Shown piece by piece: positions 28,532 to 37,322 of a stretch of DNA of 52,936 bases (the first letter of the stretch is position 1; each line of letters begins with the position of its first letter). A program made the translations under genes and the position numbers. Under the pieces are notes generated by a model, which made no database searches, was not told where the DNA came from, and saw nothing but the letters and a program-made list of their open reading frames with translations. This DNA is from a virus (Duplodnaviria; Caudoviricetes), in IMG/VR virus record IMGVR_UViG_3300007959_000003, positions 1 through 52,936 of that record, one strand, 5' to 3'.

Positions 28532-29098
28532 TTACAGGACGGCGGGGAGATCCTGGGGGAATGGCAGGCAGCGGTCAGTTGAATAGTATTCAACGGAGTT
28601 GAAAAGAGGACACCATTCGCAGCCGCTTTCGACGGCGGCCGCCTGGAGTTGATCGGGGATCGGCTCGGTGCTATGCCAGTTCTTGATGAAGTAGCAATCC
28701 AGCAGTCGGCAGGGGAGAATTGAGGGGGCGGAGCCGGGCGGGACGTTTGCCGGGGTCTCGCAGGGGATCCGACAGTACGCGGCCGGATTGCGGCAGCCGA
28801 GGGCGGTGAGGATGCAGCGCAGCACGCGCAGGGTGCGCTCCGGCCCCCATACAGAGGTGGGATTGAGCACCATGCAGCCACGGATGCAGCCGGCGTACTC
28901 AAGGAGCGCCACGGCGCGCAGAATCGCCGACCGCTCGAAGTGGAACCCGGCGATGTGGAGCGGCCCGGCTCCGAGAGTCCCCTCCCGGTAGAAGTCGGCG
29001 TTGCGGGCAAGCTCCAGGGCGGAGGGGTAGCGCTCCCCTTTTGAGTGGGGGAAGGTGACGGCGATGAAGACTCTGCTGAAGGGGATAAGGGCGCGCAC
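28532..29098 (-). CDS. Cys-rich hypothetical protein (moron-like)
   Basis: 188-aa ORF between the minor head gene and the scaffold gene. Confidence 0.55.
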   Translation of the reverse strand: MRALIPFSRVFIAVTFPHSKGERYPSALELARNADFYREGTLGAGPLHIAGFHFERSAILRAVALLEYAGCIRGCMVLNPTSVWGPERTLRVLRCILTALGCRNPAAYCRIPCETPANVPPGSAPSILPCRLLDCYFIKNWHSTEPIPDQLQAAAVESGCEWCPLFNSVEYYSTDRCLPFPQDLPAVL

Positions 29099-29140
29099 CG
29101 GGGAAGTTTACAGCGGGCGGCGCGCGGCGGCAAGGAGAAT

Positions 29141-30220
29141 TTACCCGAACACCCGCTCAAACGTCGCCTTGTTGCGCAGCTTCAGCTCGTCCAAGGTATA
29201 GGTGACTCCGCGGTTATCGGTGAAACGGTCAACCGGCATATTCCCGTCGGTGAAAAGTTTCTGCCGAGTGGCACCGAGGATCTCTTTCTGCACCTTGACC
29301 GGCTGGCCGTTGAGCCAGTCGCCGAAGCCGATATCGGCGCGCACCTGTCCGTCCTTTGAAGAGCGGGTACCGGCCGGCATCTCGTCAATGTTCACTCCCA
29401 GCTCACGGAAGGTCTTGAGCTTCGGGAGCGCGAAGGATCGGCACCCGATGTGCCGTGGGGGGATAGGCCCCTGCCCTACCGGCCACTCGGTACCGGAGAG
29501 CGAGGCGCAGGTGATAGTGGTCCTGCCGTCGAGCGTGGCCAGGAATGTCCATCCCTTCACCACGTTCCCATTCTCTCGGTAGACTGCCTGCATTGCCCCG
29601 TTGCTGGTGTGGTTGATGATGGTCCGTACCATCGCCTCGGCTCCACGCCGATGCTTCTCGATGATGCCGTCAGTGAAACGGGCCGCCCGGGTGCCGACCA
29701 GTCGCCTCACGATCTGGTCAACGGTCTCGCCTTCTACGACTCCCAGCCGCACGGCTCCGCGAATCGCTTCCTCTTTGCTGGCAGCCAGTCCGCTGAAGAT
29801 CTCCTCCAATAGCAGCTTCTTGTCCGGGCCCACGGTGATCGGGGTACGGTCGACTACTGCGGCCAGGGTTGCGGCCGGCGGGAGCGTAGTGGTAAGGGTG
29901 ACGGGTAGCTGCGTCTGCAGCAGTTGATCTGCCGACTCCGCCTCATGATCCGCAAAGGCCTTCATCTCCTTCGTGATCGACTTCTGCGCCTCCCAGTAGG
30001 CTTGGTCGTTCGCGTCTTTTAGCTCAGCAAAGAGCAGCTTCAGCCGTGCCGACGTCCAGGGCCCGCTCTCCCCGCGCGCCGCGATCTTCGCCATCAGCTC
30101 CTTGTCGGCATCGTTCAGCAGGGCGATGATGTCGCGCACCACCTTGTTGCCGTAGCGCTGCAGGGCGATCTGCCGATTCACGCCCAGGTCGAAAAGCTGC
30201 TTAGAGATTTCGGGGGTCAT
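29141..30220 (-). CDS. Minor head morphogenesis protein (SPP1 gp7/Mu F family)
   Basis: ATLDGRTTITCASLSG...PPRHIGCRS. Confidence 0.9.
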   Translation of the reverse strand: MTPEISKQLFDLGVNRQIALQRYGNKVVRDIIALLNDADKELMAKIAARGESGPWTSARLKLLFAELKDANDQAYWEAQKSITKEMKAFADHEAESADQLLQTQLPVTLTTTLPPAATLAAVVDRTPITVGPDKKLLLEEIFSGLAASKEEAIRGAVRLGVVEGETVDQIVRRLVGTRAARFTDGIIEKHRRGAEAMVRTIINHTSNGAMQAVYRENGNVVKGWTFLATLDGRTTITCASLSGTEWPVGQGPIPPRHIGCRSFALPKLKTFRELGVNIDEMPAGTRSSKDGQVRADIGFGDWLNGQPVKVQKEILGATRQKLFTDGNMPVDRFTDNRGVTYTLDELKLRNKATFERVFG

Positions 30221-30582
30221 GAGAGCAATGCCTCCCGTTTTTCGTAGATCGGGTCCATGACGTTGATCTTGAGCCACCCGACTAGGTAGGCCATAACTTC
30301 CTCGGTCTCAGTACAAAGAGGGATGCCATGGATCTCCATAATGGAGCAAGCAACGTGGGTCAACTCATGGAACATGACGCTGCCGGCTTCGAGATCCTTG
30401 ATGTAACAGAACACGTCTCCGCCTACGCTCCGAACAGACCCCAACGGCCCATCAGTCAACTCGCACCGTGTCTTTTTACCTTCCAGTGCGTAGATCGCAT
30501 CCATAGCCTCAATGTGGTCACAGTCTCCTACCAGGAACACAGCGCACGTGAAAATAGGGACGTAGGCGAGGTGTGTTATCAC
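30217..30582 (-). CDS. HExxH-motif protein
   Basis: FHELTH...EEVMAYL; GTGA coupling. Confidence 0.7.
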   Translation of the reverse strand: MITHLAYVPIFTCAVFLVGDCDHIEAMDAIYALEGKKTRCELTDGPLGSVRSVGGDVFCYIKDLEAGSVMFHELTHVACSIMEIHGIPLCTETEEVMAYLVGWLKINVMDPIYEKREALLS

Positions 30583-30704
30583 TTCGCCACCCGCTGCGCA
30601 TACTCCGCCATGGCAATCTCTCTGGTGCTCCCCTCGCCCTTGTGCCCTTGCGGCCCCTTGCAAATCCACCGACGTGGGCCCAGCTTCTTCACGGTTACGC
30701 TCAT
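30579..30704 (-). CDS. Small hypothetical protein (41 aa)
   Basis: MSVTVKKLGPRRWICKGPQGHKGEGSTREIAMAEYAQRVAK; GGAG SD. Confidence 0.55.
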   Translation of the reverse strand: MSVTVKKLGPRRWICKGPQGHKGEGSTREIAMAEYAQRVAK

Positions 30705-30714
30705 GTCTTCTCCC

Positions 30715-30798
30715 TTAGATCTGCAGATTGGGCTTTCCGGGTCGCAGCACGGCCCAGATTACCCTTGCGGTGTTCTTCACGGTTTCCCAGACCTTCAC
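30715..30798 (-). CDS. 27-aa amphipathic peptide
   Basis: GTG start; KVWETVKNTARVIWAVLRPGKPNLQI; AAGGAGG SD. Confidence 0.5.
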   Translation of the reverse strand: MKVWETVKNTARVIWAVLRPGKPNLQI

Positions 30799-30995
30799 GA
30801 CCCCTCCTTGTAGTGGTCCCTGCCGCTTGGCAGTTCCGAAAGCTCCTGGTTGGCGATGTGGTAGCCGGTGAACGCGAGCATGAACTTCACCTGCCGAATC
30901 TCATGACGCATCGGCTCGGGCAGTTCGACCTCTGATAACCCCTCAAGGAGCCTCGCCACCCTCAGCATCATCACCTTGCATGCAGCGCACGTCAC
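30795..30995 (-). CDS. Small hypothetical protein
   Basis: GGAGGT SD; 66 aa. Confidence 0.55.
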   Translation of the reverse strand: MTCAACKVMMLRVARLLEGLSEVELPEPMRHEIRQVKFMLAFTGYHIANQELSELPSGRDHYKEGS

Positions 30996-31008
30996 CAGTC
31001 ACCTCCCG

Positions 31009-31050
31009 CTACTTCTTCTTGCCGCCGCCTTTCCCGCCGCACTTAGCCAT
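31009..31050 (-). CDS. 13-aa basic peptide MAKCGGKGGGKKK
   Basis: AAGGAGG SD; overlaps the portal stop codon. Confidence 0.5.
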   Translation of the reverse strand: MAKCGGKGGGKKK

Positions 31051-32560
31051 CCTGAGGGCCTCCTTTCATGGGTTCTTTGCAGTCTAGGCACTCCTTGGCG
31101 CCCGCCGGGACATCAGCGCCGCACTTCGGGCATTTGGTGGCGTCGCCGGTCATCTGTGTCTGCCCGGTCATACTGCCCAGCGCCGGCCCCTCGTTCGCGC
31201 ATTGCTCGCAGTTGGCGGCGATATCGAAGTCTTCCGGCAACTCCCCGCGCCACACCAGCGCGCTGAGGTAGGACTCCTGCGAAAGGTCGCCTATTGCCCT
31301 CGCCTTGCCGAGTTCGGTGAGTCCTGCCTGCGTCCCCTTCGCTCCGCCGATATCGGTGCAGATCTCGATCTCAACCTCGCCCTCCAGTTTGAGGATGGTA
31401 AGCATGTGGCCGATGACCTGCTCCCAGGAATCCTCGAAGCCATGACCGACGGCAACGAGCCCTGCGTTCGTATCGTCGCTGTCCAGGCGCGCCGCAGTCG
31501 CCGTTACCTCCCCGGCATTCTCCACTCGGAGGTTGACCCCAGCCGTGTCGATGCGGGATTCAATGGCTTTGAGCGCGTTGAGCGCCATTTCTACGCCCTT
31601 GCCGGTGGGTTCGGTATAGGTGAAGACTGCATCGGGGTTGGTACTGCGTAATACCTTGGCTGGCCCCACTTGGATTACAGCCTCGGTTTCAACTCCGCAT
31701 GCCGTCAGCATTCCGAAGCACTGCATCGAGAGGGAATGAGCGTATTCGCTCTTTACCTGCCAGTGTTCAAGGCAGCTCTCGGCGACGTTCTGGAAGCCTG
31801 GCTCTCCCTCCATGAACGCGGTGCGGTTGGTGTAGAAGGGAACCAGGAAGATCGCGGGGAAGGTGGTAACCCCGGAGAGGTCCGGCTGCAGCTGCCACTC
31901 CTTCTTCTTGGTAGTAGCGTTCTCCACCTCCCGGTAGACGTCGAAGCACATGACACCCTCGCGCATCTCCAGCACCCGGACCTGCTCCACCTTCGTGTAG
32001 CCCCACTCCCCGTCATTCTCCATGGAGCATTCGAGGATACGAACCCGCTTGATGACATCGGCGCCGTTGATCCGCTCGGTCAGGATCTCGATCACGTTGT
32101 CCGGGTCGATGTGGGCGACGTAGGGGCGAATGCCTGCAGCCTTCTCCTCGGCTGCCGTCTTGACGTCGCCCGCCGGTGGCATGTCCACCAAGGCGTAGGT
32201 GATCCCAGCTTCGAGCGCACGCTTGCCCAGCTCCTGCGCGAACGCGTCCAGCCCGCTCCCCTGAAGGTCGATATTGTCGAGGAGTTCTTCGATCTGCGTC
32301 GGAACGTCCTCGGCCTTGATCGGCTTCTTGAAGATCTTGCCGTTCGACTTATCGATGGTATCGCTGAGGAAGTTGTCCAGGAAGGTCTTTTCGAGCCGGG
32401 TTTTGTAGACCCCGTCGCCCTCGGCCGGGTGCTGGGGGAGCCACTTGACGCCAGCGGCGCGCATGCGGAACGTGCCCCCCATGAGGTCGTTTATGAGGGT
32501 GCGCTTGTCAGCCAGTGCGGCCATGCGCGGCGAAGGGGTTCTGACGGTGGGTTTTTCCAT
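31043..32560 (-). CDS. Portal protein (DUF4055 family) with C-terminal zinc ribbon
   Basis: LMGGTFRMRAAG..WLPQHPAE...RPYVAHI...TATAARLD; CPKC...CLDC tail. Confidence 0.9.
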   Translation of the reverse strand: MEKPTVRTPSPRMAALADKRTLINDLMGGTFRMRAAGVKWLPQHPAEGDGVYKTRLEKTFLDNFLSDTIDKSNGKIFKKPIKAEDVPTQIEELLDNIDLQGSGLDAFAQELGKRALEAGITYALVDMPPAGDVKTAAEEKAAGIRPYVAHIDPDNVIEILTERINGADVIKRVRILECSMENDGEWGYTKVEQVRVLEMREGVMCFDVYREVENATTKKKEWQLQPDLSGVTTFPAIFLVPFYTNRTAFMEGEPGFQNVAESCLEHWQVKSEYAHSLSMQCFGMLTACGVETEAVIQVGPAKVLRSTNPDAVFTYTEPTGKGVEMALNALKAIESRIDTAGVNLRVENAGEVTATAARLDSDDTNAGLVAVGHGFEDSWEQVIGHMLTILKLEGEVEIEICTDIGGAKGTQAGLTELGKARAIGDLSQESYLSALVWRGELPEDFDIAANCEQCANEGPALGSMTGQTQMTGDATKCPKCGADVPAGAKECLDCKEPMKGGPQDG

Positions 32561-32595
32561 GATGTCTCCTGCCCTGCCTCACGGCGGTCGGATGA

Positions 32596-32856
32596 TTATA
32601 CGTTTTTCAGATGTGTGACAAACTCATCTATCACATTGCGCAGCATTTCCATTTTCTTTATAAACTCTTCCAATGTGTCTTTTTGGGAACAGTGTAGCCG
32701 AACCTTATTATGGCAGTCTGATATTTCCAGAATCGTCATAATTGACGGCTCCCCGTCTTCTGAACTCCACGGAGAATCACCATGATATGCCACAACTGAG
32801 CCAGTCGAAGGATGACCGTCCGGATTCAGCCATTCTCGTTTAGAGTATCCAGACAT
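32596..32856 (-). CDS. Hypothetical protein (low GC)
   Basis: WLNP...EISDCHNKVRLH; GAGGT SD. Confidence 0.7.
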   Translation of the reverse strand: MSGYSKREWLNPDGHPSTGSVVAYHGDSPWSSEDGEPSIMTILEISDCHNKVRLHCSQKDTLEEFIKKMEMLRNVIDEFVTHLKNV

Positions 32857-33163
32857 AATCAATTACCTCTCGCTTCGGTCAAGGATAAAAGTCAGTTTGC
32901 GAAATTGCGCAAGTTGATGATTTGGGGCCTTGAACGTTTCCGCAGGCCCCCGGCCTGGCCCAGTAATGAGTCCGCAATGAACAGCCCTAAGGCTCGCGGG
33001 GACGTGGCTCAAAACCAGGGTCTACCACTGCACGGAGTTTACCCCGCGTCAAAAACTGGTAATCCCACTATGGGGGGATGTGAAATGCTTGTTGCCGGTC
33101 TCTCCCGGCTGTCACAGCTTCGGTGCGCGCTACACCGATTATTATGGCCTGCCGTTGGCACAC

Positions 33164-33239
33164 TGGAGCCGACTACAGGACTCGAACCTGCGACATCCTC
33201 TTTACAAGAGAGGCGCTCTACCTACTGAGCTAAGCCGGC
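33164..33239 (-). tRNA. tRNA-Thr(UGU)
   Basis: GCCGGCTTAGCTCAGTAGGTAGAGCGCCTCTCTTGTAAAGAGGATGTCGCAGGTTCGAGTCCTGTAGTCGGCTCCA: 76 nt, full cloverleaf, TGT anticodon, encoded CCA. Confidence 0.95.
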
Positions 33240-33245
33240 TGGAAG

Positions 33246-33578
33246 TCATTCTGGTGGTTGAATGGGGCCTGCTATCTCCCACGGGTAGAAATCAACAAGC
33301 TTTTCGACGGCCACGTCTTCATCCGTGCCCACGAAAGAAAACATCACGCTGCCGTCCATCCATTTGGAAACTTGGACAACCTCAGCGTCTTTATCCCCAC
33401 GTCTTCTCAACCAATACCACCCATGTTCCGTCGGAGCCTCTTTGGTCCAGACAAGCCCCGTCATCCCAGCCAACAGCCCTTCAATGATCAGGATAGCGGC
33501 CTCTGCCTCAGGGCCAGGGGCGATAGTGAAGGGTGACCGCAGAAGTGCCTTGGCTTCTTCGATTATAGACACGGTCAC
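33246..33578 (-). CDS. Hypothetical protein
   Basis: WTKEAPTEHGWYW...AGPIQPP phage motif. Confidence 0.7.
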   Translation of the reverse strand: MTVSIIEEAKALLRSPFTIAPGPEAEAAILIIEGLLAGMTGLVWTKEAPTEHGWYWLRRRGDKDAEVVQVSKWMDGSVMFSFVGTDEDVAVEKLVDFYPWEIAGPIQPPE

Positions 33579-34039
33579 TCCCCTGTCGGCGGCAGCGCCG
33601 CAGGAATCGCCCGCCACTGCTCACGGGTGAAGAACGATCTCGCATTGCACTTGGAACAGGTCGCGTGCACCCGCTCGATACCGTGCATCATGCGGAAGTC
33701 CGGCTTGTCGGCGGTGCCTTGCGGAATCCAGTAGTGGGCGCAGTCAGGCTCGACCTCTTCATAGGTGGCTTTGAAGATGTCGATTTTGCAAGGGTAGATC
33801 TCGCCCTGCACGCCGGTGATCAGCATGTCGTCGGGAGTCATGTTGTGCGTGCCTTCCAGCGTCGGGATAAGGTAGCACCGGTCGTTTTCGTGGCTGATCG
33901 GGTGCCCCTTGTACTTGAAGGACCACGGCATGCCGTTGACTATGTTTAAAGGGTTTGAGCTGTTGGCTTTACCGTACTCCACCAACTCCTCAAACGTGAT
34001 GGCCTCAATGACCACGGGTTTCTTCCTGAACTTGCCCAT
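33575..34039 (-). CDS. Conserved phage protein (FRKKPVVIEA family)
   Basis: KFRKKPVVIEA...IPTLEG...GVQGEIYPCKIDIFKATYE. Confidence 0.85.
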   Translation of the reverse strand: MGKFRKKPVVIEAITFEELVEYGKANSSNPLNIVNGMPWSFKYKGHPISHENDRCYLIPTLEGTHNMTPDDMLITGVQGEIYPCKIDIFKATYEEVEPDCAHYWIPQGTADKPDFRMMHGIERVHATCSKCNARSFFTREQWRAIPAALPPTGE

Positions 34040-34048
34040 CCTTCCTCC

Positions 34049-35353
34049 TTACCACGCATCACTCGAAGTGACCGTGGGCTTCACGATTGGGAATTCCTTC
34101 TCGATAAAATACCCGGCGGCGTCGTTTGGATGATCATGGCCGGTTTTCTTGTCCGGCTCCCCCTTATCATCCCAGGGCTGCTGCTCCAGCGAGCTTGCAT
34201 AGGTCGGGCACTTCTCCACGTTGACCAGGTACCGCCGCTGCCCCGCCGCATTCTTGAACATTGCGTTCATGCTGTTCACGCGATCTTTTACCGGGGGATT
34301 CGCGTGGTTCACGACCACCTGGAACCCGGCATCCCGGAGCAGCGCCAAGTCTGTCTTGCTGGCGTTCACCGACTTGCGAGAGTCGCCCGAAGCATCCGGG
34401 TAGATTCTGATCTGTCGCGTCGGCTTGTAGGTGTTCCCGTCGTAGAGCCAGTACCGCTCCTTGATCATACGGATCATGTCCGGGGTGTCGTAGCCGTTGA
34501 TGATCTCGTCGACGGCGCGCGGCTGGTTGTCCCTGAGCACGTGGGTGATCGCCGCCATTTTCCCCACGTTAAAGTCGAGACCGATCCTCAGGATCTCTCC
34601 CGGCTGGACCGTGTCCGCGCAGTTGTTCAGCTTCCGGTCGAAGCTCGCATAGACGCTGCCGGTCCTGAGGTTTACGAACTGCCCCCGGATGTAAGCCTCG
34701 ATAAGCTGCGCCGGATAGGTCGCCAGAAGAGATGGTATGTAATCGTCAGGCAGATTACGCTCGTTATCATACGTGCTCGCCTGAACCAGACCATACATGC
34801 TCCTCATTTCTGGGTGTTTCAAAAGCTGCTGCACGAACTGCTGATAGACGAACTGAAAGCCCTCAGGCGTGGTAGTTACGTCGATCCCGTTCTTCAGCCC
34901 GTCGACCTTGTAGCGCATCCTGGCTATGATCTTGCGCCAGACCTGAAACGCCTTCTCCATCTTCAGCAGGTCGATCTCGTCGACGTGAGCATGTCCGATC
35001 TTGAAGCCGACGATGCTGCCCGGCTTGTCCATCGACCGGCACTTGATCAGCCCGTATTCGACTCGGCCGCGGTAGACGTGGACTTCCTTATTCGCCTCCC
35101 GGATCTTGACGCTGAAGCCCCAAGGGTAAAGCGCCTCTTCAACGGTCGGGTAGAAGATGTCTCTAATTTGCGAATATGTGGGCGCGAAGTACCCGGCGTT
35201 GATTCGGGGGTGCTCCATGAAGTGCTTGGCGATCCCGGAGCACCCCACCCAGGTCTTGCCCGTCCCGAACCCGCCCACGAACGCCTTGAACTTGTGCACC
35301 ATGGCCAGGAAGTAGGCCTGCGGGACGTTGAGGGGGACCTGGATGCTGCTCAG
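34049..35353 (-). CDS. terL: Terminase large subunit (probable CTG start at 35353; first ATG at 35302)
   Basis: Walker A GGFGTGKT, Walker B HVDEID, TTTPEGF, GLDFN, DASG, DHPNDA. Confidence 0.93.
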   Translation of the reverse strand: MSSIQVPLNVPQAYFLAMVHKFKAFVGGFGTGKTWVGCSGIAKHFMEHPRINAGYFAPTYSQIRDIFYPTVEEALYPWGFSVKIREANKEVHVYRGRVEYGLIKCRSMDKPGSIVGFKIGHAHVDEIDLLKMEKAFQVWRKIIARMRYKVDGLKNGIDVTTTPEGFQFVYQQFVQQLLKHPEMRSMYGLVQASTYDNERNLPDDYIPSLLATYPAQLIEAYIRGQFVNLRTGSVYASFDRKLNNCADTVQPGEILRIGLDFNVGKMAAITHVLRDNQPRAVDEIINGYDTPDMIRMIKERYWLYDGNTYKPTRQIRIYPDASGDSRKSVNASKTDLALLRDAGFQVVVNHANPPVKDRVNSMNAMFKNAAGQRRYLVNVEKCPTYASSLEQQPWDDKGEPDKKTGHDHPNDAAGYFIEKEFPIVKPTVTSSDAW

Positions 35354-35556
35354 AACAAGGTCTTGCTCAGCTCCAGCGCTTGCTGGTCGCTGAACCCCTC
35401 CGCCTTCAAAGCGTCAAACTTCGCCTTTGTCATCTGTGCCTGAATCGTCAAATACTCACGCCAGATAGGCAACTCTTCGCGCATCTTGCGGACCATTTCC
35501 AAATTCAAAGAAGGGGTAGCGTTCCCCTTTAGAACTCTCAGATTGTCCTTGCTCAC
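35350..35556 (-). CDS. Small hypothetical protein between terS and terL
   Basis: AKFDALKAEGFSDQQALEL; GTGA coupling. Confidence 0.7.
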   Translation of the reverse strand: MSKDNLRVLKGNATPSLNLEMVRKMREELPIWREYLTIQAQMTKAKFDALKAEGFSDQQALELSKTLF

Positions 35557-36008
35557 GATTGCTCCTTCCTCGCATCCTGTACCACGATCTCGACCTTGGT
35601 CGGAGCCGGGGGGGTAAGGTCTTCAGGATCTTCCTGCTGTGTCCCATAGACCTTCGGGAGCAGCTTGATCGCCACCCACTGCCGAGTCTCTACCCGAAGT
35701 TTTGACCGCTGGACGAACTCCTTGTTCAACAGCCGCCTTCCATCGTCCGTGAAAACCTCGTCTTCGCTGGAGTCATCGGCGATGTCAATCAGCTCGTCAG
35801 CCATGCATTCAGCCTGGATCCGCCGAGCACGCGCGTACTGGTCACGGAAGTTGTCACGGAATTTTGACTCTTCGAATAACCACCGTAATATCGTGGTCTT
35901 AGTCGGCATCCCGTCTACAGCTTCTATCTTCCGCAGCGAATATCCTGATGCTATCAGCGTGCAAATAGTCGCTGAAAGCTTCGCATTGTACTTGCTTGGC
36001 GGTGCCAA
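35553..36008 (-). CDS. terS: Terminase small subunit (Sf6-like)
   Basis: ICTLIASGYSLRKI...FRDQYARAR...SKLRVETRQW...PKVYG. Confidence 0.88.
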   Translation of the reverse strand: MAPPSKYNAKLSATICTLIASGYSLRKIEAVDGMPTKTTILRWLFEESKFRDNFRDQYARARRIQAECMADELIDIADDSSEDEVFTDDGRRLLNKEFVQRSKLRVETRQWVAIKLLPKVYGTQQEDPEDLTPPAPTKVEIVVQDARKEQS

Positions 36009-36036
36009 ACTGCCCCCGTGCCCCCATTTTGCGCCG

Positions 36037-36065
36037 AATCTATACCTCAGTTGAATTTGTGTCAA
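36037..36065 (-). promoter_or_regulatory. Late promoter TTGACA-N17-TAGATT overlapped by GTTGA-N7-TCAAC (36050-36066)
   Basis: Directly upstream of terS. Confidence 0.65.
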
Positions 36066-36091
36066 CTGATAACTCAACTATGTGTGGTTGT

Positions 36092-36683
36092 TCAACTCAG
36101 GGATGTTACTGTATCGGTAGCGAGTGCTGCATCAAGCCCGCAGTTACAGAATTGAGGATTCCACAGAAATCGTCTCGCGGCGGCACATTCATCGTCGTGC
36201 TTACCGTATCTGTCCAACACCTCCTTGTACCTTTTGACCGCAGCGGATTGGACGGTGAGCTGAGCAAACAGCGGTTCGACCACGCGTGTGATTTCGCCGA
36301 GGATGCTTCCTGCCACGTTTAGCACGAACTCGTCCGACTCGTTACCGTAGGCTAGCCCGCAGATGGTGGCAAGGCGTTTCAGCCGTGTAGCGTCGAAGTT
36401 GTTAGCAGTTTCTGCCTCCTCTGCCTTCTTCTCGGCGGCTTCGGCTCTGGCAGTGGCCCGCGCAGTATGTTCCCTCTGACTATCAAGACTGAGTTCTAGC
36501 AAAGTGGCTTGCTGATTGCTGGTCTCCACCTCCTCCCTGAGCGCGGTGTTTTCTTGGGTTAGGCGGGTGATCTCAGTATCCCCGGAAACCCCTTGGCCCC
36601 GAACGGCCAATTTCGATATCGGGCAAGTTGACTTATGCTCTTCCCCCTACATCTCGCCCACATGAGCAGTAAACCTTATCCAT
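36092..36683 (-). pseudogene. Coiled-coil protein with apparent +1 frameshift in a G5 run near the start
   Basis: ATG at 36683 with SD; G4 instead of G5 at 36643-36647 gives MDKVYCSCGRDVGEEHKSTCP in frame with ORF 36092..36610. Confidence 0.55.
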
Positions 36684-36719
36684 CCCCTCCCCCTCCTATC
36701 CCCGCACAAGGCGGGGTGT

Positions 36720-37094
36720 TTAATACTCGTTCCAAGCGTTGCAGTGTGGGCATATCCTTGTAGTGCAAGGCATAAACTTCCCACACTCTGCACAGTTGTA
36801 TACCCCTCTTGGCTTCTTCCTTTTCGGAGGAGGTTCTATCCTGCGGCCCGTACCGGCAAGAGCGTCCTCGTGTTTTGCATACTGGAAATCGACGGCGGGG
36901 CGCGTCTTACTGTCGATATAGGCTTTGGGCCATGGCACATCGCTATTGCGGGTGCGGTGCTGGCTGAAGGCTTCCTCTTCTGTGAAGATATGTGCTTCAT
37001 GAACGTTGGTCGTATACCCGCTCTTACCCTTTGCCCAGAAAACCATGTCGTTGCCTACATATGACCGCCTATCCTGCAAATACCATTCGTTCAC
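36720..37094 (-). CDS. Conserved phage protein with C-terminal zinc ribbon
   Basis: YLQDRRSYVGNDMVFW...GYTT...PWPKAYID; CAECG...CPHC. Confidence 0.8.
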   Translation of the reverse strand: MNEWYLQDRRSYVGNDMVFWAKGKSGYTTNVHEAHIFTEEEAFSQHRTRNSDVPWPKAYIDSKTRPAVDFQYAKHEDALAGTGRRIEPPPKRKKPRGVYNCAECGKFMPCTTRICPHCNAWNEY

Positions 37095-37214
37095 CGTCTC
37101 CCCCTCTTTTTTTGCCAAAACTCCAAATTTCAATTTTAAGGGGGTGGTTTTACCCGCCCCCTTATCGTGCCCTGCAGTTGAATTCTTTTCAATCGTGGCA
37201 GCCCGCCTGCTTCG

Positions 37215-37322
37215 TCAGGCCTGCATCACGGATAGGAACGCCTGCCTCAAATACTCGTCGGTCTCGGTTTGGCCGAGATACCAGCGCATGTAGTCGCGGG
37301 GGACGTCTTTGACCAGGGCGCC
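37215..37322 (-). pseudogene. Remnant C-terminus of an exonuclease X/DUF3820-like gene
   Basis: GALVKDVPRDYMRWYL...DEYLRQAF, in frame after the TAG of the HNH gene, with no start of its own. Confidence 0.55.

Noticed and set aside
33164-33239. tRNA as the att site
   Set aside because: It is complete, sits in the late operon and is about 29 kb from the integrase.
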